DNA of 45,310 bases from Verrucomicrobiota bacterium (lineage in GTDB: Bacteria; Verrucomicrobiota; Verrucomicrobiia; Limisphaerales; CANJXF01), in the NCBI GenBank assembly GCA_038214755.1, contig JBBQRQ010000035.1, positions 1 through 45,310 of the forward strand, read 5' to 3'. The position numbers and the translations under genes are program-made. Below the pieces are notes generated by a model. That model ran no database searches and was not told the origin of the DNA. It worked only from the letters and a program-made list of their open reading frames with translations. This document shows, in pieces, positions 34,942 through 43,947 of the stretch; within the stretch, counting starts at the first letter, position 1; each line of letters begins with the position of its first letter.

Positions 34942-36576
34942 ATGAGTGTTCTCTTTGACCGCCGAAAATTTCTTCAATATTCCGGCGTCGCCGCTGCTTC
35001 CGCTCTCGGACAAATTCCTTCGCTCGCGCAAACTGCGGAACAACTTCTCGGTGCGGAAGAATCGAAATCCAACGCTGTTTCGGAAAAAAATACTCCGCAA
35101 CTTCGCGTCTTGTTGCACGAGGCGAACGGCCAACCGTTGGAACACGAACGCCAAACCACACTGCACGCTCGCGATTTGCAAAATGATCCGTTGCCGCAAT
35201 CGATTGCGACAGCGGAAGGTCGCGCGCGAATTGCTTTGGCCGCCGAGCCGGTTCAACTCAGCGCACGATTGAAAGTTTCCGGCTTCGGCGAAGTTTACTG
35301 TTACGCGGACAACCACGGGCACGGTTACGCGAAGGCCGAAACCATTGACTTTGTCGTCGAGGCGGCGGCGACCCGGCTGCGGCGTGTTCGCGAATCTTTC
35401 AAGAGCGTAGAAAAATCCATTTCGCGCGATCCGATTTTTGAAAAACATTTTGCCACCGCAGCGCGATCAATTCCTCTTAAGCCCGAGGCGGCGCGGATCG
35501 CCGCGGCCTACGAATCTCTCGCGCATGGACTTCACGCGGGCGAACGGCTCACTTTAAATCTGGCGCGAAATCGAATCTCAAAATTTCCCGCGCCGCGAAA
35601 GAATTTTTTATTTGGCGCCTTGAGTTCGGCGCGCAGTCACGGAGCGGTAATGGAAAAGCGTTTTACCGACGCATTTAATTTCGCGCCCATCAGTTGGTAT
35701 TCCTGGAAAAATGAGCAGCCCGAAAATCTCCGCATCGATTACGCGCGCATGGATGAGTCGCTGCAATGGTGTCTCGCCCGCAAAATTGTTCCGAAAGGTT
35801 ACGGCTACGTTTACCTCGCGCCGGGCGCCACGCCGGAATGGATTCGCAGTTGGCCGTACGAAAAAGTTTTGCCGGAATACAAACGCATCGTCGCGCAAAC
35901 GATGCGGCGTTACGCGGGAAAAATTCCGTACGTCGAAGTGATTAACGAAGCTCACGACAAATCGAACCTGTTTCGATTTTCGCACGCGCAAATTCTGGAG
36001 CTGACTCGTGAAGCCTGTCGCGCCGCGCGTCTCGGTTCGCCCACCGTCAAACGGCAAATCAACCATTGCTGTCTCTGGGCGGAATATGCCAAGCGCACCA
36101 ACGCCGACGGCTCGCGCCGCTGGTCGCCGTTTCGTTATCTTTCCGATTGCCTTGGCGCCGGTGTGGAATTTGAAAGCGTCGGGCTGCAACTTTATTATCC
36201 GCAGCAGGACCTGTTTGAAATCGAGCGGATGCTGGGGCGTTTTAAAAAATTCAATCGTCCGATCCAGATCACGGAAATTTCCTGCCAATCTGTGGATGGC
36301 CTTGATCCCGCCAGCATGCGCCCGAAAAATATCGTGCCCGGCTGGCACGGCGCTTGGAGCGAGACGATGCAAGCCGATTGGCTCGAAGCGATCTACACTC
36401 TTTGTTACAGCAAGCCGGAATTTGAGGCGATTGGCTGGTGGGATTTCGCGGATTACGGCGGACATTTTTGGCCGCACGGCGGTTTGTTGCGCAAAAATTT
36501 TTCGCCGAAGGAAAGTTATTTGCGACTGCTCAAATTGCAAAAAGAGTGGGGCGTTGCGAAAACTTCTTCCGGGTAG
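34942..36576 (+). CDS. Tat-exported GH10-like glycoside hydrolase with an N-terminal extension
   Basis: DRRKFL Tat motif; EVINEA (acid/base), VGLQ, IQITE (nucleophile), WWDF and GLL...PK. Confidence 0.8.
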   Translation: MSVLFDRRKFLQYSGVAAASALGQIPSLAQTAEQLLGAEESKSNAVSEKNTPQLRVLLHEANGQPLEHERQTTLHARDLQNDPLPQSIATAEGRARIALAAEPVQLSARLKVSGFGEVYCYADNHGHGYAKAETIDFVVEAAATRLRRVRESFKSVEKSISRDPIFEKHFATAARSIPLKPEAARIAAAYESLAHGLHAGERLTLNLARNRISKFPAPRKNFLFGALSSARSHGAVMEKRFTDAFNFAPISWYSWKNEQPENLRIDYARMDESLQWCLARKIVPKGYGYVYLAPGATPEWIRSWPYEKVLPEYKRIVAQTMRRYAGKIPYVEVINEAHDKSNLFRFSHAQILELTREACRAARLGSPTVKRQINHCCLWAEYAKRTNADGSRRWSPFRYLSDCLGAGVEFESVGLQLYYPQQDLFEIERMLGRFKKFNRPIQITEISCQSVDGLDPASMRPKNIVPGWHGAWSETMQADWLEAIYTLCYSKPEFEAIGWWDFADYGGHFWPHGGLLRKNFSPKESYLRLLKLQKEWGVAKTSSG

Positions 36577-36679
36577 CATCTGCCTCCGGCGGGTGCGGAG
36601 TCATTGGATAATTGGATAATTGGATAGTTGGATAGTTGGATAGTTGGATTCGCACCCGCCGGAGGCAGATGCTACCCGG
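36569..36679. mobile_element. MITE/REPIN-like element, copy 2 (octamer interior)
   Basis: Same terminal inverted repeat as 29432; (A/G)TTGGATA-type x6 at 36603-36650; its TAG is the GH10 stop codon. Confidence 0.75.
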
Positions 36680-37201
36680 CTACTCTTTCGCTCCGCGAAT
36701 GCGAAACATTTCGATCAACTTTTTGTCCCGAAGATTTTTGGCGAGATCGAGGGGCGTGCGTCCATCCCGGCCTTTGGCATTCATGTCCGCGCCTTTGTTG
36801 ATGAGCGTTTGGGCGCAGTCGTAATGACTCGTCGAAACGGAGTAATGCAAGGGCGTGAGGCCGTTCGCGTCCCGAACGTTTACTCGCGCTCTATATCGCG
36901 TGAGGATTTCGATGGACTCAGCATCGCCGTAACACGCTGCCATGTGCAGTGGACTCCATGTATCCTTCGGTCCGCGATTAAATAATTTCGCATCTACCAG
37001 ACCTGGATGCTCCTTCAATAATTTTTCCAGGCGAACGTGGTCGTGAGAAAAAACCGCCGCGCTCAATTCCCGTCGATGATTGATCGAATTTAAAAACAAC
37101 GCGACCACAGCCACGAACGCGATGATGGAAACAATTACGATGACGATGACCCGCTGTTTTCTAGCGGAAGATTTTGGCGGTAAAGCAGAATTACTTTTCA
37201 T
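36680..37201 (-). CDS. Membrane-anchored ankyrin repeat protein
   Basis: TM segment, then SPLHMAA, GLTPLHYSV and GRTPLDLA repeats. Confidence 0.9.
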   Translation of the reverse strand: MKSNSALPPKSSARKQRVIVIVIVSIIAFVAVVALFLNSINHRRELSAAVFSHDHVRLEKLLKEHPGLVDAKLFNRGPKDTWSPLHMAACYGDAESIEILTRYRARVNVRDANGLTPLHYSVSTSHYDCAQTLINKGADMNAKGRDGRTPLDLAKNLRDKKLIEMFRIRGAKE

Positions 37202-38855
37202 AAACGACGCGGCCATCCATGATGGTTAACACCACTTCCGCGTTTTGGATTTGGACGGGATCGATTTCAAAAATATTTCTATCCAACATCACGATGTCCG
37301 CGAGTTTGCCAGAGGTGAGAGTGCCTTTCACTTTTTCCGCAAACTCCGCGTAAGCCGAGCCAACCGTGTAAGCATGCACTGCTTCTTCCACGGAAATTTT
37401 TTGTTCAGGAATCCAGCCATCGGGATTTTTATCGTCCAACGTGCGGCGAGTCACTGCGGCGTAAATCGAAATCATCGGATTCAACGGCGCGACGGTCCAA
37501 TCGGTTCCGAACGCGAGCGTCGCGCCTGAATCGAGCAACGACCGAAAGGCGTAGGTGCTTTTCGAGCGTTCTTTGCCAATCCGCTTTTCGCACCAACGCC
37601 CGTCATCGATGGCATGATACGGTTGCATCGACGCGATCACCTTTTGTTTTCCAAATCGCGCAATGTCGCTCGTCCGCAAATGTTGGGCGTGTTCAATTTT
37701 GAAACGCCGATCGCGCTCTCCATTTTTTTCGGAGGCCGCCTGAAAAATATCGAGAATCTTCGCGTTGGCTTCGTCGCCGATGGCGTGAATCATCACCTGC
37801 AAATTCGCTTTGTCCGCGGCGAGAACGCGTTGCAACATGATTCCTTCCGGCAACATTTGATCGAACCAAAGTCCGCGAGAATTGGGCGTGTCAGAATACG
37901 ATTCGAAAAATTTCGCAGTCGTAGAGCCAAGACTTCCGTCGGCAAAACCTTTCAATCCGCCGATGCGAACCATGTCGTTGCCGAAAGCCGCGCGGACGCC
38001 CGCGTCGTGCAAAACTTCCCATGAAACAATCGAGCGGATCGCGTAGATGCGCGTTTTCAATTCGCCGCGTTCGAGCATGTATTGATAGAGGCCAACGTCA
38101 TCGCCGGCAGACATGTCGGTGAGACTGGTGACGCCGAGTTTCGCGGCGTGTGCGGTGGCCGCGCGCGCGGCGTGAAGATTTTCGGCGAACGAGTGAGGGG
38201 GAACTTTGATTAAATCTTCGGCGGCATCTTTGAAAATTCCACTCGGCTCACCGTTTTTTTCCCGGACAATTTCGCCGCCGGGAATTTCTTTTGCATCTTT
38301 CGCCATGCCGGAAAGTTTCATCGCCAGACTGTTGGCCAAAGCCATGTGGCCATCGGTTCGATTGACGAAAACAGGATTGTCCGGCGTCGCGGCGTCGATC
38401 ATTTCCTTCGTTGGCAAAGGCGCGCCCGGCCATTGTTCGTGGTCCCAATCGCCGCCGAGAATCCATTGGCCTTTGGAAATTTTTTTTGCGTAATCGGAAA
38501 GGCGCTTCGCCATTTCCTCCGGCGATTTCGCGTCGCGCAAATCGACGTTCGAAAGCGAAAACCCACCCATCAGAAAGTGAACATGCGAATCGTTGAAGCC
38601 GGGCAGAACCAGTTTTCCATTGGCGTCAATGACCCGTGTTTTATTTCCGGCAAGAGCACGAATCTCCTTGGTCGCGCCGACCGCGACGATTTTATTTCCG
38701 TAAATCGCGAGGGCCTCCGCGCTCGGCAGATTCATGTCCATTGTCCGAACCGTCGCATTGAGAATGATCAAGTCGGCGGACACGGGTGAAGCGGCGGGAG
38801 TGGATGATGTGACGGCCATAAAAAAAATTGGGAGGAGACGAACGAAATTCTTCAT
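37191..38855 (-). CDS. Secreted amidohydrolase (YtcJ-like, Amidohydro_3)
   Basis: PGFNDSHVH, KGFADGSLG, HAIGD, IEHAQ and FGTDW motifs; N-terminal signal peptide. Confidence 0.92.
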   Translation of the reverse strand: MKNFVRLLPIFFMAVTSSTPAASPVSADLIILNATVRTMDMNLPSAEALAIYGNKIVAVGATKEIRALAGNKTRVIDANGKLVLPGFNDSHVHFLMGGFSLSNVDLRDAKSPEEMAKRLSDYAKKISKGQWILGGDWDHEQWPGAPLPTKEMIDAATPDNPVFVNRTDGHMALANSLAMKLSGMAKDAKEIPGGEIVREKNGEPSGIFKDAAEDLIKVPPHSFAENLHAARAATAHAAKLGVTSLTDMSAGDDVGLYQYMLERGELKTRIYAIRSIVSWEVLHDAGVRAAFGNDMVRIGGLKGFADGSLGSTTAKFFESYSDTPNSRGLWFDQMLPEGIMLQRVLAADKANLQVMIHAIGDEANAKILDIFQAASEKNGERDRRFKIEHAQHLRTSDIARFGKQKVIASMQPYHAIDDGRWCEKRIGKERSKSTYAFRSLLDSGATLAFGTDWTVAPLNPMISIYAAVTRRTLDDKNPDGWIPEQKISVEEAVHAYTVGSAYAEFAEKVKGTLTSGKLADIVMLDRNIFEIDPVQIQNAEVVLTIMDGRVVYEK

Positions 38856-39039
38856 CGGCGAAAAGTTTTAGTTTGGGGTCGCCAGGTTGTCACGAAATGG
38901 TTTTAAGTTGAGACACATGGAACGACGTTGTTGGGGTGCCTCTTGTCACCACCACTACGCCGACCAAAGCGCACACTGGATAGAGCAGTTTTCTAATTTC
39001 TTTGAGCAACGATTTTCCGTCCGCGAACGCGGGAAACGT

Positions 39040-39250
39040 TCTAGCCCCGCCGATTAGCCATCGGCGATACAGCAGGTTGGCAACCTGCGCTCCGGTGGTG
39101 TCAGGGCGTGTTGCCAAACCGTAGGGCAGGCTTTCGAGCCTGCCGGTTACGAAACTTTCCAGTTTCGTGAAAATAATTTGAGGTTTTTTTCGCACATTTC
39201 CGCGGGACTGGAAAGTCCCCGGAACCGGCAGGCTCGAAAGCCTGCCCTAC
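39040..39250. repeat. REP-like cluster: a half element plus a complete GTAG element
   Basis: Right half ...CGATACAGCAGGTTGGCAACCTGCGCTCC (~39065-39093) resembles 30200-30230; perfect 28-bp inverted repeat GTAGGGCAGGCTTTCGAGCCTGCCGGTT at 39121-39148/39223-39250. Confidence 0.82.
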
Positions 39251-39331
39251 AGTCGGCGGTTCGGCGAGCGTCCCGCATCTCGGGAACTTGCCGTGCGGCG
39301 TTCAGACACTCGCCGCAGAAACGGGGGAAAA

Positions 39332-41776
39332 CTACGGCGAACTTCGCACGCGATAAAAGCGCGCAGGGAAATTGGTGGTTGAATCAATGAATTCAAAAGT
39401 GCCGCTCGTGTTGACGATGTTGGTTATTGGCGACCACGTTCCCAACTCGGCGGTTCCATCGATGAAATAATTTCCAGGTTCACCGCTCACGATCAAATGG
39501 ATTTGGCCATCGGGCGATAACGCGACTGAAATAATCTCCAATGGCAAAGGAAGGTTGACCGTCAACGTTGCCGAAGCAGTCGCGTTCCCGGCGGCGTTGG
39601 TTACGAGCACGGAATAAGTTCCGCTGTCGTTGGTTTGAAGATTTGAGCGAGTGTAGTTAGTCCCAGTCGCGCCGGGGATGTCAGTGTCGTTAAACTTCCA
39701 TTGATATGAAAGCGGCGCGGTGCCAGTCGCGGTGACGGAAAAAGTGACATTCGATCCGGTGGGTCTGGTCGCATCCTGCGGGGCGCTCCTGATGGTGGGA
39801 TAATCAATCACGGTGAGGAACGCGTTCGAGCTGTTAGTGCCGCCGACGGAGTTGGTAATGCCGACGGAATAATTCCCGGCATCGGAAGGTTGCACATTAT
39901 TTTTGGCGTAAGTGCTATTGGTCGCATTCAGAATATTTGTTCCGTTAAATTTCCATTGATAGGCCAACGGAGCGGTGCCGCCAGCCGCGACGAAGAAGGT
40001 GGCGGTGTTGCCGCGATTAACCGTTTGAGCCAACGGCTGAGTAGAGATAGAGGGCGCGGAAGGCGGAGGCGGAATGTAAACCAACTTCACCGCGTCGGCG
40101 ATCACGATGTCTCCTCCCGCGCTCGCGGTCACGTCGTTGCCAGCCTCAATGTAGTCAATCGTGCCTGCTTGAAAATATTTATTAGCAGCAAGTAATTGGA
40201 AAGAATTTCCATTGGCTTCTTCGCTCACTCGAACGGTCGTCACGACGCCATTGTTGGAAATACGGAAAGGCGCATTGGTCGCGCGATTTCCACCCGCAGT
40301 GGAGGAAGCCCACGACGCATAGACATTGTAATTTCCTGGAGTGTCGATGTTCGGAATGAATTTGGCCGTGGCGGTGGGCGATCCCAAAATAAACGTCCCA
40401 CTCGCATAACGAAAAGTTCCGAGATAGGCCAGCCCATTCACATTTGTAGCGGTCCAGGAGCCGGTGAAGGCTACCGCGTCTCCTCCCGAATTGTTGGCGG
40501 GATCCTGATCAATAATAATATCCGGCACCGCCACCGTAGCCGTCGTGAAAACGTAATCCGCGGAACTGCCCGTAAAATTATTGGTACCTTTTGATTTTAC
40601 TCGATAGTGATAAGTCGTGTTTGGGGTAAGGCCTGTGACGTTGACAGAGTGATACCAAAGTGAAGTCGCATTCGTCGTCGCGTTTCCGTAAACCGTGGAT
40701 AACCCATACTCTACCACGCTGTCTGAGGTTTGATCCGTCGGCCATGACACGCTCACCGTCGTCGCGCTTGCCGTGGCGACGGGCGCTACTTGTATGACGG
40801 GCGCATTCGCGAAGGGATTTCCAATAGTGTTGGTCCGAATCGCATCCCAGATATTCGCGGGATGCAACTCGGCTCGCCAAAAATTTGCGCCCTTGAATCC
40901 GCCCGTTGTGGCGGGACTTGAAACCGTTTTCAACGCCGTAAAAAATTCGGTGATGAGCGCGGGTGTAATGGTTCCATTGGTCGAAGTCCAACCCTGGCCG
41001 ATGGTGACAAGCGGTTTGATCGAATTCGTCCAAAAATAATTCGTTCCACCAACAACACTGTTTGAGCCGATGAGAGAGTTTTGCCAGTTTCGATACTGCG
41101 TGTTCATCGTGCTCACCGCCACAGTGGGCGTATCTCCAAACTCGATAAAATAATCCTGCGGCATAACCGCATCGCAGTAGTAGCCAAATTCTTTGAAAGG
41201 AAACGAAGTGTGAAAATTCAGATAGGCGTAAGGAGAATGGGCCAGGAATTTATTCGGCCAATTGGCGCGCACGGTGGAAAAAAGTTGCATCGCCATCGTC
41301 TGTTTATTGGCCAAAACTTTCCACTCGCCCTCTCCGTCAAACACCACGCCATCCGCGCCGCGCTGAAACATCGTGCCGACCACGGCGACTTCTCCCGGAA
41401 CATTTGCGCCGGTCGTATAAATATATCCAAAAATTTTCAAGCCTGCGGCATGAGCGGAATCCACGACCGCGGTGGTAAATTGAGAATTAAAAGTGTCGCC
41501 CTGCGCCGCTTTGATGATGACGTATTGCAACCCCTGATTTTTCATATAGATCATCAGGCTGGCGTTGTTGGAAACAGAAGAAATATTTCCGACGCCCAGC
41601 TTGTCAATCGCGTTGGAGAGAATGTAAATCCAAGTCCCTTTTCCGAGATTCGATGGGTCAACTCCTCCGTCGCGAATCACCGCCCGACTATTTTGCGGCA
41701 GCAGAAATAAAAAGGTCAACATCGTGAAGGCCGCCAGCGTGGAAAATATTTGTGGGCGAATAAATCGGGAAAACAT
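39332..41776 (-). CDS. Secreted multidomain protein: TIM-barrel hydrolase-like domain, FN3-like domain, beta-sandwich, two Ig-like domains and a C-terminal RFYRV domain
   Basis: Signal peptide; YVIIKA, FDGE, MPQDY; WPTD...VEYG...GLTPNTTYHYRV; PGNYNVY..W...ADAVKL; two APLxYQWKFN...DxGxYSV Ig repeats. Confidence 0.8.
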   Translation of the reverse strand: MFSRFIRPQIFSTLAAFTMLTFLFLLPQNSRAVIRDGGVDPSNLGKGTWIYILSNAIDKLGVGNISSVSNNASLMIYMKNQGLQYVIIKAAQGDTFNSQFTTAVVDSAHAAGLKIFGYIYTTGANVPGEVAVVGTMFQRGADGVVFDGEGEWKVLANKQTMAMQLFSTVRANWPNKFLAHSPYAYLNFHTSFPFKEFGYYCDAVMPQDYFIEFGDTPTVAVSTMNTQYRNWQNSLIGSNSVVGGTNYFWTNSIKPLVTIGQGWTSTNGTITPALITEFFTALKTVSSPATTGGFKGANFWRAELHPANIWDAIRTNTIGNPFANAPVIQVAPVATASATTVSVSWPTDQTSDSVVEYGLSTVYGNATTNATSLWYHSVNVTGLTPNTTYHYRVKSKGTNNFTGSSADYVFTTATVAVPDIIIDQDPANNSGGDAVAFTGSWTATNVNGLAYLGTFRYASGTFILGSPTATAKFIPNIDTPGNYNVYASWASSTAGGNRATNAPFRISNNGVVTTVRVSEEANGNSFQLLAANKYFQAGTIDYIEAGNDVTASAGGDIVIADAVKLVYIPPPPSAPSISTQPLAQTVNRGNTATFFVAAGGTAPLAYQWKFNGTNILNATNSTYAKNNVQPSDAGNYSVGITNSVGGTNSSNAFLTVIDYPTIRSAPQDATRPTGSNVTFSVTATGTAPLSYQWKFNDTDIPGATGTNYTRSNLQTNDSGTYSVLVTNAAGNATASATLTVNLPLPLEIISVALSPDGQIHLIVSGEPGNYFIDGTAELGTWSPITNIVNTSGTFEFIDSTTNFPARFYRVRSSP

Positions 41777-41852
41777 ATTGGCGTAGTATGCGCTTGGCTC
41801 AGTGGAGAATCAAGCGGGCTGAGAAATAATTGGGAGCTTTGTTCTTATCCAT

Positions 41853-42860
41853 TCACGAAAGGAGATATTTACCGGACTTTCTTGTGCCGACCCGACGAAT
41901 CATGCCCGCCTTTAAAAGTGGGTTTAACAGTTTCAACGCGCCTTGTCTTGTTATGCCGAGCGCGTCCCAAATCTCCGGCGGCGTCATGCTTTTGCGGTCG
42001 CGCAGCATTTGCAGTAACTGCTCTTGCTTGGGGCGCAGCACGATTTTCCGGCGGCTGGATTGAGACTCGAACCGTTGCACGCGCGCCCAAATTTTCTCCA
42101 GCGTCAGACGCAATCCATCAGCGGTGTATTCCAACCAGCCCGTCAAATCTCCACCGCTCTTGCGGACGGCGTCGAGCGCGCCGTAGTACCGCGGACGATT
42201 CTCCCAATAAAACTCGTCCACTGAAAAAATATGATGGGTGTCGAATCCGCGCCGATACAACTCCCACAGCGCCAGCGCGCGCCCTGTTCGCCCGTTCCCG
42301 TCGGCAAAAGGGTGAATTTCCTCGAAGCGATAATGAATGAGGGCTGACGACAATACGGGCGAGAACTTCGGTGCTTCCTTGTTCCACCACTCGAGCAACT
42401 CAAACATCAGCGGGGACACTTCGTGGGCGGCGGGGGGCAGATATCCCCCGACGCGAACGGCAATAATTCGATATCGCCCAGCGGTTCCCTGATCCATCAC
42501 CCCGCCGCCCGCGATAACCTTGTGCAGCTTCAGAACGTCTTCGTGAGTCAGTGGATTTTTTTTCAAGTTCTGCTCGACGAACCGCAGCCCTGAGAAATAG
42601 TTGAGCACCTCCCTTTTGGCGCGCTCGGTCACGGCGGGCAATTCCTTTCCTTCTTCTAAGTCCCTCACCTGCTCCAGAGTGAGCGGGTTGCCCTCGATGG
42701 CCGTCGAGCTGTGCGCGTTGCGAACACGGCTGTCCTTCTGCAAAGCGGGGATCCATGCTACCTGGACCGTTGCCGCAAGAATTTTTTCACGCAACGCGGC
42801 AATTTCTTCGAGTTGCCTGACTAACCCATGCGCGATGGTGAATTCGGGATGATAGCCCAC
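41853..42860 (-). CDS. Fic family protein with an internal inhibitory helix and a C-terminal HTH
   Basis: HPFADGNGRTGR active site, SSTAIEGN inhibitory motif and C-terminal winged HTH. Confidence 0.93.
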   Translation of the reverse strand: MGYHPEFTIAHGLVRQLEEIAALREKILAATVQVAWIPALQKDSRVRNAHSSTAIEGNPLTLEQVRDLEEGKELPAVTERAKREVLNYFSGLRFVEQNLKKNPLTHEDVLKLHKVIAGGGVMDQGTAGRYRIIAVRVGGYLPPAAHEVSPLMFELLEWWNKEAPKFSPVLSSALIHYRFEEIHPFADGNGRTGRALALWELYRRGFDTHHIFSVDEFYWENRPRYYGALDAVRKSGGDLTGWLEYTADGLRLTLEKIWARVQRFESQSSRRKIVLRPKQEQLLQMLRDRKSMTPPEIWDALGITRQGALKLLNPLLKAGMIRRVGTRKSGKYLLS

Positions 42861-42868
42861 GGTCGGAC

Positions 42869-42910
42869 ATTATGGATAAGACAACCGTAAGTCAACTGGT
42901 TAGACAACCG
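42869..42910 (-). promoter_or_regulatory. Putative promoter of the fic gene overlapped by three direct repeats
   Basis: Minus strand TTGACT-15nt-CATAAT, 8 nt before the GTG; RGTTGWCT repeated three times. Confidence 0.45.
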
Positions 42911-42946
42911 CTCCCTTGAACTTCAAACTGCCGGCAGAAGCGCCTT

Positions 42947-43624
42947 TTATCGCAGGAACGCAACGCTTACCTCTTTGAAATGCACGTGCGCGTCGGCTCC
43001 GTGATTTTGCAGGCCGATGTAACCCCGCGCGGGCCGCAGACCACGGTTGGGTTCATACCAGATTTTTTTATCTGGCACTGCCTGGCCTTCCGTGAAATCA
43101 GTCACGATTTTTCCATCGACTTCCACCGTCGTGCGGAGGCCGCGCAGTGTGATCAGCATGGTGGACCAATCGCCCACTTTGGCGTTCACGATATTTTTCG
43201 CTTTGGAAAAACTGTAAAGACATCCGGTGCGATGCCATTCGTCACCGCCGTTATGAATTTGCACTTCGTAGCCGTGATTGACGGCGTCCCACGGATCGCG
43301 CGGCGGCTGCGGGATGCGAATGAAAACTCCCGAGTTATCGTTGGTGTCGCTCAGTTTGAAAACGACGCGAATTTTGCAATCGCCAAATTGTTCATGCTCG
43401 TAGAACAGCAGTCCCATTCCGCCGTAAGTCACGAGTTCACCCTTCTCCCATTTCAATTCGCCTGGGCCGACCATTTTCCAGCCATTGGTGTGCTGCGCGT
43501 CGAGCAAGGTTCGCCAACGATTGTCCGCCGTGGGCGCGCCATGACGACAGGAAGTGAAGGTCAATAAACTCAAAAGTAACAGTGCGCTCACCCGGAGAAA
43601 ATTGTTGAATCGTTTTGTTTTCAT
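42947..43624 (-). CDS. DUF1080 (3-keto-disaccharide hydrolase-like) lipoprotein
   Basis: Lipobox-like FTSC; GWK, NSGVFIR, GYEVQI, TGCLY and GYIGLQNHG motifs. Confidence 0.9.
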   Translation of the reverse strand: MKTKRFNNFLRVSALLLLSLLTFTSCRHGAPTADNRWRTLLDAQHTNGWKMVGPGELKWEKGELVTYGGMGLLFYEHEQFGDCKIRVVFKLSDTNDNSGVFIRIPQPPRDPWDAVNHGYEVQIHNGGDEWHRTGCLYSFSKAKNIVNAKVGDWSTMLITLRGLRTTVEVDGKIVTDFTEGQAVPDKKIWYEPNRGLRPARGYIGLQNHGADAHVHFKEVSVAFLR

Positions 43625-43715
43625 TTTCGGAAGATAAAGTAATTAGCTCATTCTTGTCACGAGTGCTTTACGGCGGGGGATCTGGGTTGCGCATCTTAGT
43701 TTTTGAGCATCGTAA

Positions 43716-43921
43716 AAAGAGGATTGTCCCGAAGGGACTTGCCGATAATAGCCCGGCGTTTCAACGCCGGGAAAGGGGCGCAATTCATAAGTCCCGGAGG
43801 GACGGACGAAATGCCTTGGTCATTGATGGATTATCAGCCGTTCCTTCGGAACTAAATCGCTCTCCGCATCTATCCCGGCGTTCAAACGCCGGGCTATTAT
43901 CTAATGTCCCGTTCGGGACAA
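43716..43921. repeat. ~200-bp multi-hairpin element, copy 2
   Basis: Collinear with 32424-32625; additionally enclosed by TTTTTGAGCA...TGCTCAAAAA. Confidence 0.85.
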
Positions 43922-43947
43922 TCTCAGGTAATCCGCTGCTCAAAAAG

